Source of the DNA: Bacteroidota bacterium
GTDB lineage: Bacteria > Bacteroidota > Bacteroidia > NS11-12g > UBA955
Assembly: GCA_016868535.1 (NCBI GenBank)
Contig: VGGQ01000003.1
Coordinates: 1-58,342, forward strand
Direction: 5' to 3'
DNA: 58,342 nucleotides
How positions within the stretch are numbered: the stretch's first letter is position 1; every line of letters begins with the position of its first letter. The translations under genes and the position numbers were made by a program. Positions 1 to 9,355 of the stretch are shown piece by piece. The notes below the pieces were generated by a model. It was given only the letters and a program-made list of their open reading frames with translations. It had not been told where the DNA came from and made no database searches.

Positions 1-23
1 GTGATAGTGTTGAAGTTTACCCT

Positions 24-39
24 CCCCCCCCCCACCCCC
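24..39. repeat. Homopolymeric C tract (C10-A-C5) at the 5' edge of the first lipoprotein gene
   Basis: Direct read: cct cccccccccc a ccccc t at 21-40, ending 5 nt before the TTG at 45. The lipoprotein reading frame stays open through the tract to the window edge. Confidence 0.9.
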
Positions 40-44
40 TCAGC

Positions 45-932
45 TTGGTTTTTCTTCTGATTTCTTCATGCACAAAAACAGAAAACATTTTATTTTCAGG
101 CAACAAGCCACCTGATTACAGGTCTGTGCCCACAATCAAAATTGAAAACTATGTGAACCGGTATTTTATTGATTTACTGGGACGTGAGCCAACAGACACA
201 GAGCGGGTTTACCATACTGCATTTCTGAAACGCAACAAACTTAGCATACACGCCAGAGACACATTGGTCAGCACGCTTTTGTATGACACTACCTATCATA
301 CCGGAGATTCCAGTTACCGACATGCCGCCATTCAGCGTATATACGATTTTAGTAAAGCCCGATTTCTAGAAGGTGCCAGCGATGAAGATATTTCCCAGGG
401 TATTGGTCTTCAGGAGTTTAGCATAACCATTTCACGTCTGAATGGGGATTCTGTTGGTGTTTATTCTGCCAAGGCAGCCCATAAACATTACAGAGACGTA
501 TTAAACAGCAGGTATAAACTATTAAAAGACACGGCTACTTATAGCGATATGTGTGCCACCATGCTGAATAATCCTATTTATGATCAAATCAACATTAACA
601 GTTTCAATTACGTGAATGCCAGTTTTGATGATTTGTTTCAGCGTCAGCCACTAAAAGATGAGTTTACCACTGCCTACGATATCATTGATAAAAACATCCC
701 CAGACAGATTTCTGGACGCTGGGCAACCAACAAAAATGAATATTGTGATGTCTTAACCCATACACCAGAGTTCTATGAAGCACAAATTCGATGGGTTTAT
801 TATCTGCTACTGCAAAGAGATGTAAATACACAGGAAGTTATTAACTTGCTCGGAAACTACATGCGCAGTAACAATTTACAGGAAGTACAAAAAGCCGTAA
901 TTAAAACAGATGAATATGCACAGTTCAGGTAA
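45..932 (+). CDS. Lipoprotein with LLGRxPT-type repeats (DUF1549/DUF4214-like); start uncertain
   Basis: Lipobox LLISSC. Three repeats: YVNRYFIDLLGREPTDTE, YVNASFDDLFQRQPLKDE and IRWVYYLLLQRDVNTQE...TDEYAQF. TTG start; the frame is open to position 3, so the gene may begin upstream of the window. Confidence 0.55.
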   Translation: MVFLLISSCTKTENILFSGNKPPDYRSVPTIKIENYVNRYFIDLLGREPTDTERVYHTAFLKRNKLSIHARDTLVSTLLYDTTYHTGDSSYRHAAIQRIYDFSKARFLEGASDEDISQGIGLQEFSITISRLNGDSVGVYSAKAAHKHYRDVLNSRYKLLKDTATYSDMCATMLNNPIYDQININSFNYVNASFDDLFQRQPLKDEFTTAYDIIDKNIPRQISGRWATNKNEYCDVLTHTPEFYEAQIRWVYYLLLQRDVNTQEVINLLGNYMRSNNLQEVQKAVIKTDEYAQFR

Positions 933-1410
933 AATTATAACTTTTATTTTTTCTTTATTCCTTCTACTAGCGGGATGCACCAAAGAAAAAAACCTAACCT
1001 ACGGGGCCGCTGACAAGGTTGTTTATGAAGATAAAAGCCAAAAAACCAAACGAAAGTCTGATGCGGAATACATTTCCATTCTTTACACCAATCTGCATCA
1101 AGTTTCTATCTCCCCCACACAGCTTCATAAAATACAGAATGTAATTTACAGCCTAGGAGATCGCAACGTAGCCAATGAAATGGTTTTAAGTAATTATTTC
1201 AACACATCAACCCTTAAAATTCCCAAAGACAGCGAAATGCGGGGAGATGTAGCCGTATTTGTTGAAAAGTGCTACAAACGTTTCTTCCTAAGATATCCAT
1301 CTGAAGGAGAAAAGACCTTTTTTATCAACTATATAAACAGTAATCCAAACGTATCGGTTGAGATGGTATATACCGCCTTTTCCGTTAGCGATGAGTACCA
1401 GTATTATTAA
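910..1410 (+). CDS. Small lipoprotein with a DUF4214/DUF1549-like repeat
   Basis: Signal peptide plus lipobox FSLFLLLAGC. C-terminal FVEKCYKRFFLRYPSEGEKTFF...FSVSDEYQYY. Overlaps the upstream gene by 23 nt. Confidence 0.6.
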   Translation: MNMHSSGKIITFIFSLFLLLAGCTKEKNLTYGAADKVVYEDKSQKTKRKSDAEYISILYTNLHQVSISPTQLHKIQNVIYSLGDRNVANEMVLSNYFNTSTLKIPKDSEMRGDVAVFVEKCYKRFFLRYPSEGEKTFFINYINSNPNVSVEMVYTAFSVSDEYQYY

Positions 1411-1419
1411 AACACAACC

Positions 1420-2763
1420 ATGAACAGAAGAGACTTTTTCAAGAAAACCGGAATGATAACGGCCGGTACGGTTGCAGCACCCTACATATTGCCCACCGGC
1501 AGAATGTTTGCACGCACCAATGCACCCAAAGCCGAATACGTAGTCATGGTAATGTTTGCAGGCGGTGTTCGACAGCAAGAAAGCGTTTTGCAGCGCTACC
1601 TGGATGACAGCCAGGAAGTAACAGGTGCAGCCGGAAATATCATGCCTAACCTGCTTACAGGAATCGCACCCGACCGCAAGATAGTTTATGGTACAGATCC
1701 CGGAGGAGGCGCTACACGCGGCAGTAAGCCCATTCCCAGAATTCTTAGCCAGAGCATGGAAGATACAGGTACATTATTCAAGGAAATGTCGGCTATTTCA
1801 GCAGGACATTACGTTGGACTCAAAACACTTATTACGGGAAGTCTTGGGACTGCGCAAGGCCTGAAAACCCGTCCAAAATACCCAACCATTTTTGAATATC
1901 TCAGGAAGCATGCCGGTTTTGCAGCACTGGATACATGGTTTATCGCCAATGGCCTTGGAAATAGCACACCCCTGCTGAACAGTAGTAAAAATGAAGATTA
2001 CGGACTTCAATATGGTGGAAACATGTTTGCTGCGCCTTACACTTTTGGTGGTGTAGGCAGAGAAATTCTGGGCAACGGAAAACCATACTCCCGCGCAGAT
2101 CTGGATCCCATGTACTACATGAAAAACTTCCTTGATCAGAGTTTTGGATTAAATCCTGACCAACTGGAAACAATTAAAAACACCGATGAAGAAAAAACCA
2201 AAATTAAGGAATTTATCCGTGCGGTGTTTCAGCGGCAGAATCAGGGACTTATCCCCCGACCGCCGGTAACCGATAATTTTGACGCAGTTACAATAAGCTA
2301 TGCCGCGGAGGTTCTGCGCCACTTCAAACCCAAATTTCTTACGCTAAACATGAATGCAGTGGATGGTTGCCACAGCAATTTTACCGGCTACCTTCGCAGT
2401 TTGCACCGTGCCGATCATTCGGTGGGCTGGCTATGGAACTACATTCAGAACAACATACCTGAAATGTCGGGTAAAACCATCATGATTATTGCACCTGAGT
2501 GTGGAAGGAACCTGAAACCCAATCCCATTCTTGATGAGAACGACTGGTACGCCTTTGACCACAGCGATGCCAACGCCATGCGTGTATGGTCGATTATGGT
2601 GGGTAAGAATGTTCCCAAAATGACGGTTGGCTCAGAAAGCAACAAAGTAGGCAAACTCACAGACATAGTTCCCACCATTGCTGATATATTTGGGGTTTAC
2701 GATGAAGTCAAATCCAGTCAATATCTTGACCCTCAATCTAAAAGTTTATTCCTGAGAATGTGA
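1420..2763 (+). CDS. Twin-arginine exported DUF1501-like (sulfatase-fold) protein
   Basis: Tat motif MNRRDFFKKTGMITAG. Size about 447 aa. C-terminal KLTDIVPTIADIFGV is typical of DUF1501. Sits 9 nt after the previous gene. Confidence 0.65.
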   Translation: MNRRDFFKKTGMITAGTVAAPYILPTGRMFARTNAPKAEYVVMVMFAGGVRQQESVLQRYLDDSQEVTGAAGNIMPNLLTGIAPDRKIVYGTDPGGGATRGSKPIPRILSQSMEDTGTLFKEMSAISAGHYVGLKTLITGSLGTAQGLKTRPKYPTIFEYLRKHAGFAALDTWFIANGLGNSTPLLNSSKNEDYGLQYGGNMFAAPYTFGGVGREILGNGKPYSRADLDPMYYMKNFLDQSFGLNPDQLETIKNTDEEKTKIKEFIRAVFQRQNQGLIPRPPVTDNFDAVTISYAAEVLRHFKPKFLTLNMNAVDGCHSNFTGYLRSLHRADHSVGWLWNYIQNNIPEMSGKTIMIIAPECGRNLKPNPILDENDWYAFDHSDANAMRVWSIMVGKNVPKMTVGSESNKVGKLTDIVPTIADIFGVYDEVKSSQYLDPQSKSLFLRM

Positions 2764-4197
2764 TGAGAAAGTCGCATATCATGCCAGCAGTTTTATCTTC
2801 ATTGCTTGCTTTTGGAATTGCATGCAAAAAGGAGGGTTCGTCCATTGATAATCCTTATGGCAAACCCATTAAAATAAATAGGGATACAGCTACCTCCCGC
2901 GGCTCATCTGCCGCCGATGCAACCAGCATTCAACGACTACACAGACATTTGTTTGCACCCACCTGTGCCAACAGCGGTTGCCACGATGGCACTTTCGAGC
3001 CCGATTTCAGAACTGTGGAAAGCTCATTCGCGTCTTTGGTCAATGTAAAACCCATTAAAAATGATCAGGCTGGAACTTTTAACGCCCATGTGCTGCCCGG
3101 CAATGCAGATGCGAGTATTATCATTTATAGAATGACTGTAGATTTGGGAGGAAACTCAGGTATAATGCCTCTGGCACTGGAGCCGGGTAGCAATTATCCT
3201 GCAGTAAAAGACAAATTACTAAATAACCTGAAACAGTGGGTTAATAAAGGCGCCCCCGATTCCAAAGGCAGATACAGCAGATATTGTTGTGCTCGACCCT
3301 CCGGCCGCAATGGCAGATACCGAAATTTGCTACTACGGACCAAATATTTTCCTTAGAGGAACCCCTGCCGGTGGCAAATGGCCTGCAACGGCTGTGGTGA
3401 CCATTTACAGACATCCCAAGCCCTATTTTTCACCTACCTCCTCCTCTCCCGTTTGCTTTGGGCAGAAAGGCTGGATAAAACTGCGCATGAAAGATGTTGA
3501 TCCATATCGTTTTACCTGGGATGTGAGTCCTGTTTACATCGGCGATTCACTTAATGCACTGAGCGGTAATATTTACCGCGTTACTGCCGAAAACCTGAAA
3601 ACAGGCTGTATTGTCGATACCAGCATAGAAATACAAGGTTACAAAGCTATTACAGCCGCATTTATTGGCAGTATATCAAACGGAGCTCCCTGCTTAAGTC
3701 CCATTCATCCCACACTTCGAATTTTTAACAATTGCGTCGGTGCCGTCTCCGGTACCTGGCACTGGGGTGATGGCAGCAGCGAACCTTTCGATCCGGCCAT
3801 GAGCCCTAAACACAGCTATACCGGTGAAAAGAACCACTATAAGGTAAAGCTTGTAGTGCAGAATACCGGTGGATGCAAAGACAGCGCTGAGGCCGAATAC
3901 TGCTACCGCGATACAGTGGTCTACTACATTCCGAATGCGTTTACGCCTAACAACGATGGTTTTAATGATAAACTGGAATCTTTTGTGATTGGTGCTATGG
4001 AGTTTGAGATGCTGATTTATAACCGCTGGGGACAAATTGTATTCAGGAGTGAAAACCCAAACCATTTCTGGGATGGAACATTCAACAGCAATCCCTGTCC
4101 GGAAGGGGTATATGCCTACCGAATCAAGTTTAAGGGTCGCAAAACACCAAACAAGCAGGACAAAGGCAGTGTTTTGTTATTAAGGCCGAAGAATTAG
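2763..4197 (+). pseudogene. Lipoprotein with PSCyt1-like Cx4CH domain, SprB-type repeat, PKD and T9SS type B C-terminal domain; split by one frameshift
   Basis: ORF 2760-3356 carries the lipobox (LLAFGIAC) and TCANSGCHDG...LPGNADAS...MPL...QWVNKGAP. ORF 3289-4197 has no signal peptide but carries WHWGDGS...YKVKLVV (PKD) and YYIPNAFTPNNDGFNDKL...YNRWGQIVF (type B CTD). The second frame is open from 3232; a C5 run lies at 3252-3256. Confidence 0.6.
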
Positions 4198-4222
4198 CAT
4201 TAAGCGGCGTAATTTCGCCCCC

Positions 4223-5611
4223 ATGCCATATGCATCCGCCCTCATCTATCAAATTATTGGCTGTTACCTGAAACAGCATTTGCAGGGCGCAATGCTAATT
4301 AATGCATTCAGCAGCCACAAAGACGCGCTGCTGCTGGTGTTTAAAACAACTGAAAAGCAAATATTTCAACTGCTCATGCAGTTTGTGGATGGTAATCTGT
4401 TCTTTCTGAACCCGGAGAATCGTTTACAACCCGGACGCAAGACCATTAGCCAGTTTAAATCCGTTCATGGGCTGCAAATAACTGATGTCATTGTGTTTGA
4501 GAATGAAAGGCTTATTCTGATTCAACTCGAGGCAAACAATCAATTGCTTATCAAGGGTTTTGGACGTATGAGCAATGTGCTGTTGTTGGAAAACAATGAA
4601 CCCTACCCGACATCCATCTTTAGGCTCTCGCTTAAAAATGACTGGGAACCGAACGTGAAGGAATTACTAGGAAAAACCCACCCAATTCAATGTGCCGATA
4701 TATCTATTATACGTTTTTTTTCTGACAATTACAAATTATTTGATGAACCAGCAGAAGGTAGAACGTTTCTTGGTGTAGGCGCTGAGGGCTTGTTTGCTTT
4801 CGCCCGCGATTTTGTTAAAAACCAACGAAAGGAACAAACACGCAAACAATGGAAAACCCAATGGCTGAAGCAAATCAGCATGCACAAAGCCAGAATTGTT
4901 AGGTTGAAGGAACAACTAGTCAAGATTGAGGGCAGACGCAGCTACAAAGAGCTTGGCGATATTGTGCTGGCCCATGCCCACCACATTAAAAAAGGCGTTG
5001 GCACAGCCCTTCTGCAGGACTTCTATACCGATAAGCCCATTCGTATTAGACTTAATCCTGATCTGGATGCGGCAGAAAATGCAGCGCGTTTTTACCGGAA
5101 AGCCAAAAACGAAGGACTTGAAAAAACCCATTTGCTTGAGAATCTCAACAAAACAGAACTGGCACTACAGAAAGCTGAATCAGAATTGGATGCTGTACTA
5201 AACACTTCCGGCGACGAAAGAATAAAACCCCTCACCACAGGCAAAAAAGGAAAGTCATCCGAAGGAAAGCCTTATAAACTGCAGATTATTGATGGTTTTG
5301 ATGTATGGATTGGCAAAAGCGCCGCAGATAATGACAGAATGCTGAAACTGGCCAGCAAACAGGATTTATGGCTACATGTAAGTGGTTATGCAGGCTCGCA
5401 TGTCATCATCATCAAAAAGAAAGGGGCAGAATTTCCGGAGGCGGTTATTCAAAAAGCTGCCGAACTTGCTGCCAGAAACAGCAAAGCCAAAACCCAGAAG
5501 ATGGTACCGGTAATTTACACGGAAAGAAGATACGTAAGCAAACTGCGAAACGCCGCACACGGAGAAGTGGCCGTTTTGAAGGAAAAAGTAATGGATATTT
5601 ACTTAAACTGA
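4223..5611 (+). CDS. NFACT-family (RqcH-like, DUF814) RNA-binding protein
   Basis: NFACT-N-like FENERLILIQL...IKGFGRMSNVLLLE. NFACT-R/DUF814 motif DLWLHVSGYAGSHVIIIKKKG. Confidence 0.7.
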   Translation: MPYASALIYQIIGCYLKQHLQGAMLINAFSSHKDALLLVFKTTEKQIFQLLMQFVDGNLFFLNPENRLQPGRKTISQFKSVHGLQITDVIVFENERLILIQLEANNQLLIKGFGRMSNVLLLENNEPYPTSIFRLSLKNDWEPNVKELLGKTHPIQCADISIIRFFSDNYKLFDEPAEGRTFLGVGAEGLFAFARDFVKNQRKEQTRKQWKTQWLKQISMHKARIVRLKEQLVKIEGRRSYKELGDIVLAHAHHIKKGVGTALLQDFYTDKPIRIRLNPDLDAAENAARFYRKAKNEGLEKTHLLENLNKTELALQKAESELDAVLNTSGDERIKPLTTGKKGKSSEGKPYKLQIIDGFDVWIGKSAADNDRMLKLASKQDLWLHVSGYAGSHVIIIKKKGAEFPEAVIQKAAELAARNSKAKTQKMVPVIYTERRYVSKLRNAAHGEVAVLKEKVMDIYLN

Positions 5612-5627
5612 TTAAGAAGGTAAAATA

Positions 5628-8423
5628 TTATAATAATTTGTTTTTCAAATATTTAGCCGTATAGCTTTTAGGCTCTTTCAGCAATTCTTCAGGAAGGCCT
5701 GCGAACAACAATTCTCCACCGTTTTCTCCAGCTTCCGGACCAAGATCCAGCACCCAGTCGGCACATTTTACCACATCTAGGTTGTGCTCAATGCAAATGA
5801 TGGTATTCCCTTTATCAATCAACGCATTAAAGCTGTTCATCAGCTTCTTAATATCGTGAAAATGCAAACCTGTTGTGGGTTCATCAAAGATAAATACAGT
5901 ACCACCATCCTTGTGGGGATTGGCTTTGCTAAGGTAAAATGCTAGTTTCACCCTTTGGGCCTCACCGCCTGAAAGGGTATGGCTGCCCTGTCCCAGGGTA
6001 ATATACCCCAAACCAACATCCTGTAAAGGCCTTAATCGTTCATGAATCATTCTTTCATCGCTGAAAAACGATATAGCTTCATCTACGGTAAGCTGAAGGA
6101 TCTCATGGATGTTTTTGTCTTTGTAGGTAATATCAAGAACATCATTTTTGAATCGTTTTCCGCCACAGGCATCACATGGTAGTTTGATGTCGGCCATAAA
6201 CTGCATTTCGATGACTGTTTCACCTTCTCCCTGGCATGAATCGCAACGTCCACCATCCACGTTGAAGGAAAAATGGGCAGGCTTAAACCCTTTGAACTTG
6301 CTCAAAGTTTGAGAAGCAAAGAGTTCTCTGATTTCGTCATAGGCTTTCACATAAGTTACCGGATTGCTGCGGCTGCTCTTGCCAATGGGATTCTGATCCA
6401 CCATCTCCACCGCTTTTACCATCTTTTTGGCACCTTCCAAAGCCTTGTGCCTACCGGTTTTGGTGCTAATATATTGCCCAATTTCCTTGCTGAGCGCCGG
6501 GTAAAGAATTTGCTTAACCAGACTGGTCTTACCACTACCGCTAACGCCGGTAACAACGGTAAATACCTCGAGCGGGAATTCCACATCTGCCTCTTTCAGG
6601 TTATTGGCTTCAGCCCCCAGTATAGTAAGGCTATGTTTCCATTTACGTCGGCTTTTGGGAACTTCAATCATCTCTCTGCCCGACAAATATTTGCCTGTAA
6701 GGCTGTTTTGGTCTTCAACTAGTGCTTTGTAATTACCACTGAACACTACTTCTCCGCCAAAGGCACCGGCAAAAGGCCCCATATCGATTACCTGATCAGC
6801 CGATTTCATAACCTCTTCATCATGCTCGACAACAATGACCGTATTGCCTTCTTTCTGTAGATATTTCAGCATGCTAATTAACCTCTCCGTATCACGGTTG
6901 TGAAGACCAATACTGGGCTCATCAAGTATATACATACTTCCGGTAAGGTTGCTGCCCAGACTGGTGGCCAGGTTTATGCGCTGGCTTTCTCCTCCGCTGA
7001 GTGTATTGCTCAAACGATTGAGGCTCAGGTACCCCAACCCAACATTTTTCATGAACAATAGCCTCGTTTTTATTTCATTTAGTATACGCCTGCCAATTTC
7101 AGTTTCATCGTATTTAGCCGATGTAAAGTACGCATAGGCAGTATCCACATTCATCAACAGAATTTCCTGAAGATTTATTCTCTCAGGAATATCTTCTCCA
7201 GGGTTTACCGCCTTAAGCTTCACATAGCCTGCATCTTTGCGAAGTCGGGTTCCCAAACATTCCGGGCACTGGGTTTTTCCGCGGTATCTGGCAGAAAGGA
7301 CGCGGTACTGAATCTTATAGGATTTTTCCTCCACATAGCGAAAGAAATCATGAATACCAGGAAGGGTTTTGGTTCCATCCCATAGTAGCTTTCGCTGTTC
7401 TTTGCTAAGCTCTTTGTATGGTTTGTGAATAGGAAATTCCGCATTAAGTGCCAAAAGAATAAAATCCTCACGCCATGCCCCCATGGTTTCGCCTTTCCAT
7501 GGCGCCACACAACCCTCATATACGCTCAGTGATTTATCGGGAATGACCAGGTCCTCATCAATACCCAGCACACTGCCAAATCCTTCGCATTTTCGGCATG
7601 CTCCATAAGGATTGTTAAAACTGAGAAAATCGCGTGTTGGAACTTCAAAAGTGATTCCATCGCGTTCAAATCGGTTACTGAATACCTGAAGACTTCCATC
7701 ATGCAATCGAATGGCGCATTCTCCCTGCCCTTCCCAAAAAGCCGTTTCCACAGCATCTGTAAGCCGGCTCTCAAACTCTTCATCCTGTAAATCCACAGTC
7801 AGGCGATCAAGGACCAAAAAACTATCACCGGCTTCACCGTGAAACTTTTCCAGTAAATCCTCAATTTTCCAAATTTTATCATTAACCAAGACCCTGCTAA
7901 AACCATTCTGCCGCAATAACTCAAGCTTTTCTTTGCGCAATTCCTTATCGTTTATCGGCGATATAATTAGTACTGTTGATTCGGAGGGTAAACCCAGAAC
8001 AAATTTCACCACATCAGTAACATCGTCGCACTTCACCTCCATACCGCTTAAGGGTGAATAGGTATGTCCGATTTTGCTGAACAACAATTTCAGGTAATCA
8101 TAAATTTCAGTAGAAGTAGCCACCGTGCTGCGGGGATTTCGCGTATTTACCTTCTGTTCAATAGCTATGGCAGGGCAAAGACCAAGTATATAATCTACCT
8201 CAGGCTTTTTCATTCTGTCCATAAACTGACGGGCATAACTGCTAAGGCTTTCCACATAGCGTCGCTGACCTTCGGCAAACAGGGTATCAAAAACAAGGCT
8301 GCTCTTGCCTGAACCAGAAACACCGGTAACCACCGTAAAGCTGTTGTGTTGAAAAGTAGCATCTACGCCACGCAAGTTGTGTTGACGCGCATTTTTAAGA
8401 TGTATAGCAGGTTGTTTAGACAC
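5628..8423 (-). CDS. uvrA: Excinuclease ABC subunit A
   Basis: 931 aa. N-terminal LKNARQHNLRGVD...VTGVSGSGKSSLVFDTLFAEGQRRYVESLSSYARQF. Two ABC modules (LSGGESQR, LSGGEAQR) and Zn-finger cysteines. Confidence 0.95.
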   Translation of the reverse strand: MSKQPAIHLKNARQHNLRGVDATFQHNSFTVVTGVSGSGKSSLVFDTLFAEGQRRYVESLSSYARQFMDRMKKPEVDYILGLCPAIAIEQKVNTRNPRSTVATSTEIYDYLKLLFSKIGHTYSPLSGMEVKCDDVTDVVKFVLGLPSESTVLIISPINDKELRKEKLELLRQNGFSRVLVNDKIWKIEDLLEKFHGEAGDSFLVLDRLTVDLQDEEFESRLTDAVETAFWEGQGECAIRLHDGSLQVFSNRFERDGITFEVPTRDFLSFNNPYGACRKCEGFGSVLGIDEDLVIPDKSLSVYEGCVAPWKGETMGAWREDFILLALNAEFPIHKPYKELSKEQRKLLWDGTKTLPGIHDFFRYVEEKSYKIQYRVLSARYRGKTQCPECLGTRLRKDAGYVKLKAVNPGEDIPERINLQEILLMNVDTAYAYFTSAKYDETEIGRRILNEIKTRLLFMKNVGLGYLSLNRLSNTLSGGESQRINLATSLGSNLTGSMYILDEPSIGLHNRDTERLISMLKYLQKEGNTVIVVEHDEEVMKSADQVIDMGPFAGAFGGEVVFSGNYKALVEDQNSLTGKYLSGREMIEVPKSRRKWKHSLTILGAEANNLKEADVEFPLEVFTVVTGVSGSGKTSLVKQILYPALSKEIGQYISTKTGRHKALEGAKKMVKAVEMVDQNPIGKSSRSNPVTYVKAYDEIRELFASQTLSKFKGFKPAHFSFNVDGGRCDSCQGEGETVIEMQFMADIKLPCDACGGKRFKNDVLDITYKDKNIHEILQLTVDEAISFFSDERMIHERLRPLQDVGLGYITLGQGSHTLSGGEAQRVKLAFYLSKANPHKDGGTVFIFDEPTTGLHFHDIKKLMNSFNALIDKGNTIICIEHNLDVVKCADWVLDLGPEAGENGGELLFAGLPEELLKEPKSYTAKYLKNKLL

Positions 8424-8497
8424 GATTTAAAGAGAAACTGCAAAGGTCGATTTTTTTGACCTCAATGGATCAAAAACAATTAAACATCACAAAAAAA

Positions 8498-9352
8498 TCA
8501 CTGTATGGTGTCGCGGGTAATGCTACTTCCGGCCCAAATACCTAATCCGTTTCGAATATTGGAGAATACGGGCGTAGCTTCTCCGAACACGCCTGCACCG
8601 GCTTTGTAATCCTCTATGCTTTTGAAATACTTGAAGTATTGTTCACTCAAACTTTCATTAACCACTAGGTATTTCGGGGTACCCAGTGCATAGCCAAATG
8701 GCGTAATGAAAGGTATGCTTTTTTGTTCTCCGTTAAAACTTCTATCTGAAAAAACCCAGGATCCGCTGTCGCTCACAATAGCCTCATTTTCAATAGTAGC
8801 ATCCTTTGTAACAGGCCTCAGGGTATTCCAGGTAGCGGTTATATTATCGTAATAAAACAATGAAATACGGTAATAATTGTTTGTTATGCCCTTATCGTTA
8901 ATATTAACGGTTAATGTTCCTGTAGGATAACCTGACGAATCCAGATCGGTGGAATCTTTCCAAGCAGAGGGAGTTTTGGATGCTTTCTCCGGCATAACCA
9001 TTTCGGCAAAGACCTCATCAAACCCTGGCGCTTTCACACTAACACTGTAATATTTACCCGCTATAGCCCTAAAAACAGGGTTCTCATACTTATCGGTGCC
9101 AATGTTGTAAGAGAAACCGACAGCATTGCCGTTTTCGTCACGCATCACCACCACGGCGTTGTTGACAAACTCAACGGCGACAGCACTCCCAAGGGGAATG
9201 GTTTTACTAACCTGTATCTGAATTTTATCCTGATCATTGATAAGGCCGTTTACCACAAGACGGGTAGGCCCACTCACTTCACTCAAATCCAGTTTGGTTT
9301 CGCAAGCAAACAGCCCCAAAACCAATAATCCAAGAAGGGTTAAATTTTTCAT
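8498..9352 (-). CDS. DUF4249-like lipoprotein, partner of the adjacent TonB-dependent receptor
   Basis: Lipobox LGLFAC. About 284 aa. Sits 3 nt downstream of a CarboxypepD_reg-type TonB-dependent receptor, which is the usual DUF4249 context in Bacteroidota. Confidence 0.55.
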   Translation of the reverse strand: MKNLTLLGLLVLGLFACETKLDLSEVSGPTRLVVNGLINDQDKIQIQVSKTIPLGSAVAVEFVNNAVVVMRDENGNAVGFSYNIGTDKYENPVFRAIAGKYYSVSVKAPGFDEVFAEMVMPEKASKTPSAWKDSTDLDSSGYPTGTLTVNINDKGITNNYYRISLFYYDNITATWNTLRPVTKDATIENEAIVSDSGSWVFSDRSFNGEQKSIPFITPFGYALGTPKYLVVNESLSEQYFKYFKSIEDYKAGAGVFGEATPVFSNIRNGLGIWAGSSITRDTIQ

Positions 9353-9355
9353 AGT

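Noticed and set aside
6273-8312. Several 60-150 aa plus-strand ORFs inside uvrA (6273-6722, 6949-7137, 8064-8312), with similar sets inside the TonB-dependent receptors, the S8 peptidase, mutS and the giant adhesin
   Set aside because: They are antisense shadows of long genes with clear family signatures. They have no motifs of their own and low-complexity composition.
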